A DNA stretch of 64,000 bases, from the NCBI GenBank assembly GCA_028876335.1, contig JAGWSG010000187.1:2362-66361 (forward strand), given 5' to 3'. Positions 57,756 to 64,000 of this stretch are shown piece by piece; the first letter of the stretch is position 1, and every line of letters starts with the position of its first letter. The position numbers and the translations under genes are program-made. The stretch is from Acidobacteriota bacterium. GTDB lineage: Bacteria > Acidobacteriota > Terriglobia > Terriglobales > Acidobacteriaceae. Below the pieces are notes generated by a model. The model saw only the letters and a list, made by a program, of their open reading frames with translations, did not search any database and had not been told where the DNA came from.

Positions 57756-57793
57756 GTATGTGCGATTTCAAATCAATTTGAAATCGCACATAC
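57756..57793. repeat. Perfect 17-bp inverted repeat
   Basis: GTATGTGCGATTTCAAA-tcaa-TTTGAAATCGCACATAC abutting the ribD stop. Confidence 0.9.
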
Positions 57794-58918
57794 CTATTTC
57801 CAGGGATCGTGCAGCAGGACGCCAATACCAATATCGTCCTCAAACTGCTCCACATCCACACTTCCCAGTCTCACAAATTCACTCAACGCGCCAAACGCTG
57901 GCCTCGCTTCTGATCCAAGCATCTTCGGTGCAACGTAAAGCTGCAGCCTGTCCACCAACCCCTCGTTCAGCAACGCCGTATTCAGCCGAGTTCCAGACTC
58001 TGTCATCAGCGAAAGAATCTCATTCGCGCCCAGCCAGTCAAGCACCTTTTCGAGAGGCACGCGTTCGCCTTCGGCCTCCAGCACTTCCACGCGCACTCCG
58101 CGTTCGCGCAAAGCCTGTGCACGCTCCTCATCGCTTGACACCGTAAAAACCACCACATCGCCTTCAACGGTATCAACCAGCTTCGCGTCCAGCGGCATCC
58201 GCAGCTTCGAATCCAGCACAGCTCTAAGTAGATTCCGCCGCCTCGGCAGTCCACTCCGGTCCGTCAGCAGCGGATCGTCCGCCAGAACCGTATCGATCCC
58301 CGTGATTACCGCATCCACTTCGTGGCGCATCCGCTGCACTTCAGCGCGAGACACTTCGCTTGTAATCCAGTACGGTGTACCCGCTGCATGCACGCCGGCC
58401 GCCGGCGCAATCCGCCCATCCAGCGTCATGGCCACCTTCATCCGCACAAAGGGCCGCTTCGTCCGAACCCACTTCGCGAATCCCTCGTTCAGCCGCCGGG
58501 CGCCTTCTTCACACACACCTACAGTCGTCTTAATCCCCGCGGCATTCAGCGCGGTAATCCCGCCGCTGGCCTCAGGATTCGGATCGCGCGTCGCAGCCAC
58601 AACCCTTGCAACGCCCGCCTCAATCAATGCCTGCGAGCACGGCCCCGTCCGGCCCCTGTGATTGCACGGCTCCAGCGTCACATACGCTGTCGCTCCCTTC
58701 AGCCGCTCCAGCGCATCCTTTTTCGCCTCTTTGATCGCAACCACTTCTGCATGATCCATTCGGTCATACTCGTGCCATCCTTCGCCAATCGCAAGGCCGT
58801 CGGCGTCCACAAGCACACACCCCACAACCGGGTTGGGCGAAGCCAACCCAACACCGCGCGCGGCAAGCTCCAGCGCACGCTGCATCCATTGGTTATCGAT
58901 TTCGTCGTGTGTGTTCAT
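57794..58918 (-). CDS. ribD: Bifunctional diaminohydroxyphosphoribosylaminopyrimidine deaminase/reductase
   Basis: SPNPVVGCV, HAEV, TLEPCNH.GRTGPC, KVAMTLDG, DDPLLTDR. Confidence 0.96.
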   Translation of the reverse strand: MNTHDEIDNQWMQRALELAARGVGLASPNPVVGCVLVDADGLAIGEGWHEYDRMDHAEVVAIKEAKKDALERLKGATAYVTLEPCNHRGRTGPCSQALIEAGVARVVAATRDPNPEASGGITALNAAGIKTTVGVCEEGARRLNEGFAKWVRTKRPFVRMKVAMTLDGRIAPAAGVHAAGTPYWITSEVSRAEVQRMRHEVDAVITGIDTVLADDPLLTDRSGLPRRRNLLRAVLDSKLRMPLDAKLVDTVEGDVVVFTVSSDEERAQALRERGVRVEVLEAEGERVPLEKVLDWLGANEILSLMTESGTRLNTALLNEGLVDRLQLYVAPKMLGSEARPAFGALSEFVRLGSVDVEQFEDDIGIGVLLHDPWK

Positions 58919-59026
58919 CGCAAGTGAAGAGAACTCTCAACTCGAATTGCATGCCAAAGTCAGACCGATTTCATTGGAACTCTGCACCGAATTAACCCAT
59001 TCCGAACGAATGGGATCGGCAAGTTG

Positions 59027-59215
59027 CTAAAGCGCACTCTTCGCTTTGCGTATCTGGAACAGAAAAATCAAATTCACCAGCGTTAGCAAAATCACCGCTG
59101 ACACTACCAGAGCAATCATGGGTGCTCCGCGAAAATACTGGTAAACCAGGCCCGCAATCACAGCCACGTTAATCAGCAAAATCCGGTTCGGCAGCGACAT
59201 CTTCTTCTTATCCAT
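59027..59215 (-). CDS. Small two-TM membrane protein
   Basis: 62 aa with two hydrophobic helices, co-oriented between ftsY and ribD. Confidence 0.65.
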   Translation of the reverse strand: MDKKKMSLPNRILLINVAVIAGLVYQYFRGAPMIALVVSAVILLTLVNLIFLFQIRKAKSAL

Positions 59216-59241
59216 GGCGCTCTCCAGCAGCGATACTCTAA

Positions 59242-60216
59242 CTACCCCAGCAGCGCCTCCACAAAATCCCCCGGCGCAAACTCCAGCAGATCCGTCATCT
59301 TCTCACCCACACCCACATAGCGCACCGGCAAATTCAGCTCGCGCGCAATCGCTACTGCAATGCCGCCCTTCGCCGTACCGTCCAGCTTCGTCAACACAAT
59401 CCCCGTCACGCCGGCACTCTCGGCAAACTGCCGCGCTTGCTGCAGCCCATTCTGCCCCGTCGTCGCATCCATCACCAGCAGCACTTCATGCGGAGCGCCT
59501 GGTACCAGCTTCGCCGCCGTGCGCCGCATCTTGTCCAGTTCGTCCATCAAGCCGCTCTTGGTGTGCAGCCGCCCCGCCGTATCCACAATCACTTCCTGCA
59601 CGCCGCGCGCCTTCGCCGCATGCGCTGCGTCATACAACACGGCTGATGGATCGCCGCCCTGCTTTGTCTTGATCATCTCCACGCCCGAGCGCTGCGCCCA
59701 CACTTCAAGCTGCTCAATGGCCGCCGCGCGAAACGTATCCGCCGCGCACAGAAGTACCGTCTTGCCTTCACCCTGCAGCCACGCGGCAAGCTTCCCGCTC
59801 GTCGTCGTCTTTCCTGCGCCGTTCACACCCACCAGAAAGGTCACCTTCGGCGGCGTCGCCGGCTCTGTCACAACCACCCGTGGAGCTTCCAGAATCGCCT
59901 GCAACTGCTCCTTCAGCAGCGTCCGCAACTCCGCCCCGCCCTCAATCTCCTGCCGCTTTGCCCTCTCGCGCAACGCATCCAGAATCGCGGTCGTCGTCGG
60001 CACGCCTAGATCACTGGTCAGCAGCACAGCTTCCAGGTCTTCCAGCGCACTTTCGTCCACCGTGCGCGTCATGGCCACAATGTCACCCAGCCGCGTTTGC
60101 AGTGAGTCCCGCGTCCGCGTTACAGCGTCGCGCATGCGCCCAAAAAATCCGCGCTTCTCTTCCGGTTCCTGCGCCTTTTCAGGCTCTTTGCTGCTGCCAA
60201 AAAGTGAAATCACCAT
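59242..60216 (-). CDS. ftsY: SRP receptor FtsY
   Basis: GVNGAGKTTT, DTFRAAA, DTAGRLH, DATTGQNG, TKLDGTAKGG. Confidence 0.97.
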   Translation of the reverse strand: MVISLFGSSKEPEKAQEPEEKRGFFGRMRDAVTRTRDSLQTRLGDIVAMTRTVDESALEDLEAVLLTSDLGVPTTTAILDALRERAKRQEIEGGAELRTLLKEQLQAILEAPRVVVTEPATPPKVTFLVGVNGAGKTTTSGKLAAWLQGEGKTVLLCAADTFRAAAIEQLEVWAQRSGVEMIKTKQGGDPSAVLYDAAHAAKARGVQEVIVDTAGRLHTKSGLMDELDKMRRTAAKLVPGAPHEVLLVMDATTGQNGLQQARQFAESAGVTGIVLTKLDGTAKGGIAVAIARELNLPVRYVGVGEKMTDLLEFAPGDFVEALLG

Positions 60217-60254
60217 CGCATTCGTCCAGTTTCCAGTCTAAAGCCCGCCACACG

Positions 60255-60290
60255 CGGGTGCCCGAACGCTACCTTTCCGTTGGGCACCCG
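60255..60290. repeat. GGGTGCCC-type inverted repeat in the ftsY leader
   Basis: CGGGTGCCC-N18-GGGCACCCG; REP-like palindrome. Confidence 0.55.
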
Positions 60291-60381
60291 GAATAAATCG
60301 AAACTCATCCGACCGCAGTATGATTTCTCCTCCACAGCCCTTCTGGCGCGTAAACGCCGCCTGCTGCATGCAATGCAAAAT

Positions 60382-60400
60382 TTACTTGCAAAATGCAAGC
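60382..60400. promoter_or_regulatory. Second copy of the candidate HxlR operator
   Basis: TTACTTGC-aaaat-GCAAGC, about 70 bp upstream of the BNR gene. Both arms are identical to 25796-25814. Confidence 0.6.
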
Positions 60401-60469
60401 CACTTGAGAAAAAATCCTTGAACGCGCCGGAAACCGGCGAAATGATTCCCCAAGGAGCGTCCCCCTTTT

Positions 60470-61642
60470 ATGAGCAAGGTCCGTGTTCTCGTCGGCACCA
60501 AAAAAGGCGCCTTTATCCTCACTGCAGATGGCAAACGCGACAACTGGGAGGTCAGTGGACCCTTCTTCGCCGGATGGGAAATCTATCACATGAAGGGCTC
60601 GCCCGTGGACACCGACCGCATCTACGCCTCGCAGACCAGCGGCTGGTTCGGCCAGCTCATTCAGGCCTCCAATGACGGCGGCAAAACCTGGCATCAGCCC
60701 GGCCTCAAGCCCGGCGAGCCGGAGATGCCCGCCTTCCCCGCCAAAGCGCCTAACCGCTTCGTCTATGACCAGTCCGGCGCGCCGCTCACCACTCATGCCT
60801 GGTATGACGGCACTCCGCACCCCTGGGAATTCAAGCGCGTATGGCATCTCGAGCCCTCCCTCACTGAAGCCAACACCGTGTATGCCGGCGTCGAAGACGC
60901 CGCCCTCTTCAAATCCACGGACGGCGGTGAAAGCTGGAACGAACTCTCCGGCCTCCGCGGCCACGGCACCGGCCCCCAGTGGCAGCCCGGCGCTGGCGGT
61001 CTCTGCCTCCACACCGTCATCCTTTCGCCCACCGATCCCGATCGCATCGTCGTCGCTATCTCCTCTTCGGGCGCCTTCCGTACAGACGATGGCGGCAAGA
61101 CCTGGAAGCCCATCAACAAGGGCCTCGTCTCCAACTTCATGCCCAACCCCACGGCGGAAATCGGCCACTGCGTCCACCACATCGCCATGAATCCCACCAG
61201 GCCCAACACACTATTCATGCAGAAGCACTGGCATGTCATGCGGTCAGACGATGCTGGCGACAACTGGACCAAAGTCTCCGGCAACCTGCCCACCGACTTC
61301 GGCTTCGTCATCGATGTCCACGCGCATCAGCCGGAAACTCTCTACGTTGTGCCCATCAAGTCAGACTCCGAGCATTTCCCCATCGGCGGCAAACTCCAGG
61401 TGTATCGTTCAAAAACCGGCGGCAATGAGTGGGAAGCCCTTACCAACGGTCTCCCGCAGGAGAACTGCTACGTCAACGTCCTTCGCGATGCCATGGCAGT
61501 CGACAAGCTCGACGATTGCGGCGTCTACTTCGGTACCACCGGCGGCCAGGTCTACGTCTCGCCCGACGCGGGAGACACCTGGAAGCCCATCGTCAGCAAC
61601 CTGCCAAGCGTCCTCTCTGTCGAAGTCCAGACGCTGGCATAG
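60470..61642 (+). CDS. BNR/Asp-box (sialidase-like) beta-propeller protein, no signal peptide
   Basis: Asp-boxes [40 protein letters not shown]; N-terminal [19 protein letters not shown]. Confidence 0.88.
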   Translation: MSKVRVLVGTKKGAFILTADGKRDNWEVSGPFFAGWEIYHMKGSPVDTDRIYASQTSGWFGQLIQASNDGGKTWHQPGLKPGEPEMPAFPAKAPNRFVYDQSGAPLTTHAWYDGTPHPWEFKRVWHLEPSLTEANTVYAGVEDAALFKSTDGGESWNELSGLRGHGTGPQWQPGAGGLCLHTVILSPTDPDRIVVAISSSGAFRTDDGGKTWKPINKGLVSNFMPNPTAEIGHCVHHIAMNPTRPNTLFMQKHWHVMRSDDAGDNWTKVSGNLPTDFGFVIDVHAHQPETLYVVPIKSDSEHFPIGGKLQVYRSKTGGNEWEALTNGLPQENCYVNVLRDAMAVDKLDDCGVYFGTTGGQVYVSPDAGDTWKPIVSNLPSVLSVEVQTLA

Positions 61643-61658
61643 GGCAGAAACCTGTCAG

Positions 61659-61714
61659 CAGGGAACAGAGATGCTACTTTCTGTTCCCTGATCCCTCAAT
61701 CCTGTTCCCTGATC
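61659..61714. repeat. Intercistronic inverted plus direct repeat
   Basis: CAGGGAACAGA (61659-61669) pairs with TCTGTTCCCTG (61680-61690). CTGTTCCCTGATC recurs at 61702-61714. Confidence 0.8.
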
Positions 61715-61721
61715 TCCGAAG

Positions 61722-62030
61722 ATGAATAAACTCCCCATTCGCGTCGTTCTTCCATTTCATCTCCGCAACCTCGCCCAGGTCGGCGCGGAAATCACCGTCG
61801 AAGCCGAAGAGCCCGTCTCCGTCCGCACCATCATTGACGCGGTAGAACTCCGCTATCCCATGCTCCGCGGCACCATCCGCGACTACGAAACCCTCAAGCG
61901 CCGTCCCTTCCTCCGCTTCTTCGCCTGCCAGGAGGACTTCTCGCTCCTCCCACCAGAAACTCCGCTCCCCAAAGAAGTGGCCGAAGGCAAAGAACCCCTC
62001 CTCGTCGTCGGCGCCATCGCCGGCGGCTAG
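61722..62030 (+). CDS. MoaD/ThiS-family ubiquitin-like protein
   Basis: Beta-grasp pattern [22 protein letters not shown]-terminal GAIAGG di-glycine. Confidence 0.88.
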   Translation: MNKLPIRVVLPFHLRNLAQVGAEITVEAEEPVSVRTIIDAVELRYPMLRGTIRDYETLKRRPFLRFFACQEDFSLLPPETPLPKEVAEGKEPLLVVGAIAGG

Positions 62031-62060
62031 ATCCACTCTCTTTCGCACGCAGTGCAATAG

Positions 62061-62089
62061 AAAGGCCGCAACCCATCGGATCGCGGCCT
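62061..62089. terminator. Terminator between convergent MoaD-like and DUF3303 genes
   Basis: AGGCCGC-N13-GCGGCCT with an A-run on the left, i.e. a U-tract on the minus strand. Confidence 0.6.
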
Positions 62090-62105
62090 CTCACATCGTG
62101 CTGTC

Positions 62106-62384
62106 TTATTTCTTGAATCGCTCTGCCAGCACAGGCGCAGCATCGCCGTCTTCAATTACCGCCACAGTGGTAAGTTCCAACAGGTCGCCCCACTTGGCCG
62201 CGTCTTTGTATAGAGCCACGGCATCGTCGGTTTCATACAACACAAACCCTCCGCTGCAATCCACATTGTGCCAGCGGCCTAACAGCTTCACGCCTGCTTC
62301 TGGCGCGGCCTCACCCGCAAGGAATCGTTCTGCAGCTTCGGGGATGTTGCCCGTGGGAAAGGCCCATGTAATCATGAATTTCAT
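62106..62384 (-). CDS. DUF3303-type small protein
   Basis: MKFMITW...GVKLLGRWH...GGFVLYETDD...KWGDL. AGGAGG SD. Confidence 0.8.
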   Translation of the reverse strand: MKFMITWAFPTGNIPEAAERFLAGEAAPEAGVKLLGRWHNVDCSGGFVLYETDDAVALYKDAAKWGDLLELTTVAVIEDGDAAPVLAERFKK

Positions 62385-62588
62385 GTAAATCTTCCTCCTG
62401 TCATTTCTCTCTCGCGCGGAGGGAGTGATTGAAGTGAACGAGTCCTTCTCCACAACAAGGTGCCAAGTATAGCGCTGTTACGTGGCAGGTGCGGTCCGCT
62501 TCCGCATTGCTGCGTTTCCGTCATGCATACTTCCAACTCGCTTCAAGTCGTTCGACAAACCCATACTCCGGGCGTCGCTTTGTCACTG

Positions 62589-62603
62589 CACAAACGATTT
62601 ACT
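62589..62603. promoter_or_regulatory. Possible LacI-type operator
   Basis: AAACGATTT core, about 100 bp upstream of the last ORF. Weak match only. Confidence 0.25.
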
Positions 62604-62699
62604 AAGGGATCCCGCGCGCGTATACTTGGCGCGCGTTGTCGTCGGAAACTTGAATGACATCGAAATGCTATTCAGTTCCCACATCGCTGCATCCACGCC

Positions 62700-64000
62700 A
62701 TGGAGAAACGTAAAGTGTCCGCTCGCTTCCGCCTGCTTCTGCCCATTCTCATTGCGTTGTCCTGTCTTAGGCTCTCCGCCGCGCCTCCCGCGCACGATCA
62801 GTTTCACGTCGCCGTCTACATCCCCGTCGGCGCAGTCGAGCAGATGAAGGACCCCGCATGGCTTGAAAGCTCGTGGAAGCAAATCTCCAGCCAGGTCAAA
62901 GTCGATAAAGTCTACATCGAGACCTACCGCAGCGGACTTATCGCCGACGATGCCCTCATCGAGCGAGTCAAAAAGTTCTTCCTCAATCAGGGAGTTGAAG
63001 TCGCTGGCGGCATCGCATATGTCGGCGGCGGAGACAATGCCGGTCGCGTGGGCAACTTCAAAGAGACGCAGAAGGTTGAGCCCGGTCAGTTCATCTCCCT
63101 CTGTTATACCGACCCCGCGCAGCGAGACCTCGTCAAAAAAATGGCGGAACTCACCGCGCGCCACTTCAACGAAATCATCCTCGACGACTTCTTCTTCTAC
63201 AACACAAAGACCGCTTCCGACATCGCCGCCAAAGGCGACGAGAGCTGGACCAGCTTCCGTCTCCGCACCATGGACAAAGTCGCGCAAGACCTCGTCGTCA
63301 ACGCCGCCCGCTCCGTCAATCCCAACGTCAAGGTCATCATCAAATTTCCCAACTGGTATGAGCACTTCCAGGCCAACGGTTACGATCTCGACCAGGAACC
63401 CAAAATATTCAACGGCATTTACACCGGCACGGAAACCCGCGACCCCATCCACAACGATCAGCACCTGCAGCAGTATGAGAGCTACGAGATTATTCGTTAC
63501 TTCGACAACATTGCTCCCGGCCGCAACGGTGGCGGCTGGGTTGACACATACGGCACGCTCTATCTCGACCGTTACGCCGAGCAGTTGTGGGACACCATGC
63601 TCGCGAAGACGCCGCAGATTATGCTCTTCCAGTACAGCGACCTTCTCAAGGCCGCCGAAGCAGGCGACCGCAGAGCCTGGAGCACTCTGGACACCACATT
63701 CAAAATGTCCGATCTCCATAACTGGAGCACGCGCAACGGAGCCACGGGCGCGCCCAGCTACGCGGCCGCAGCTGGCTATGCGCTCTCCAGTGTCAACGCC
63801 GTCGTCGGCAAGCTCGGCAAGCCCATCGGCATCGCCAATTACAAGCCCTACCAGTCCATCGGAGAAGACTACCTCCCCAACTTCCTCGGCATGATCGGTC
63901 TTCCCATTGAGATGGTTCCGGAGTTTCCAACCGATGCAAAAACCGTCCTGCTCACTGAAGATGCAAAATTCGATCCGCAAATCGTCAGCAAAATCAAAGC
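62700..64000 (+). CDS. Secreted putative glycoside-hydrolase-like (TIM-barrel) protein, truncated by the window end
   Basis: Open frame of about 433 codons from ATG 62700, absent from the track because it has no stop: MEKRKVSARFRLLLPILIALSCL...KVYIETYR...EIILDDFFFY...IIKFPNWYEHF...GTETRD...GGGWVDTY. Strong C-ending codon bias. Confidence 0.8.
   Translation, partial: MEKRKVSARFRLLLPILIALSCLRLSAAPPAHDQFHVAVYIPVGAVEQMKDPAWLESSWKQISSQVKVDKVYIETYRSGLIADDALIERVKKFFLNQGVEVAGGIAYVGGGDNAGRVGNFKETQKVEPGQFISLCYTDPAQRDLVKKMAELTARHFNEIILDDFFFYNTKTASDIAAKGDESWTSFRLRTMDKVAQDLVVNAARSVNPNVKVIIKFPNWYEHFQANGYDLDQEPKIFNGIYTGTETRDPIHNDQHLQQYESYEIIRYFDNIAPGRNGGGWVDTYGTLYLDRYAEQLWDTMLAKTPQIMLFQYSDLLKAAEAGDRRAWSTLDTTFKMSDLHNWSTRNGATGAPSYAAAAGYALSSVNAVVGKLGKPIGIANYKPYQSIGEDYLPNFLGMIGLPIEMVPEFPTDAKTVLLTEDAKFDPQIVSKIK

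Noticed and set aside
59360-61311. Long ORFs 59360-60241(+), 60305-61180(-), 60672-61190(+), 60793-61311(-)
   Set aside because: Antisense or off-frame shadows of ftsY and the BNR gene, caused by high GC and codon bias.
62583-63980. Track ORFs 62583-63980(-) and 62863-63894(+)
   Set aside because: Shadows of the real plus-strand frame starting at 62700. The Ser/Thr/Arg-rich translation is an off-frame artefact.
1-64000. CRISPR arrays, tRNA/rRNA/tmRNA, IS elements, integrases, prophage genes
   Set aside because: I saw no regularly spaced repeats, cloverleaf or T-loop signatures, or DDE/tyrosine-recombinase motifs while reading. A tool-based scan was not possible.

Overview
Core-chromosome segment of a probable Acidobacteriaceae (Terriglobia) genome; the taxonomy is inferred from gene content and style. 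It is gene-dense, with about 55 CDSs. Recognisable housekeeping genes are manA, ftsK, uppP, rnj, dapD, class I fumarase, mqnC, neuC, ribD and ftsY, mixed with secreted and envelope proteins and stress modules. I saw no tRNA, rRNA, CRISPR array, transposase, integrase or prophage. Main observations: (1) the same 19-bp pseudo-palindrome TTACTTGC-N5-GCAAGC lies before a Cys-bearing HxlR regulator flanked by VOC genes (25.8 kb) and before an uncharacterised beta-propeller plus ubiquitin-like MoaD/ThiS pair (60.4 kb), suggesting one split regulon. (2) A hairpin hides the Shine-Dalgarno of a tandem pair of Tat-exported ferritin-like genes, next to a SigK/RskA-type ECF pair. (3) Two small ORFs share an FF-x4-GIST motif; one is below the ORF-track cutoff. 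(4) A HipA-like kinase is paired with DUF3037. (5) A partial legionaminic-type sugar pathway contains a translationally coupled orphan gene. (6) Two pseudogenes, several structured leaders, a large 3'-truncated ORF missing from the track, and a strand-skew gradient also occur. All family assignments come from motif recognition by eye, not database searches.
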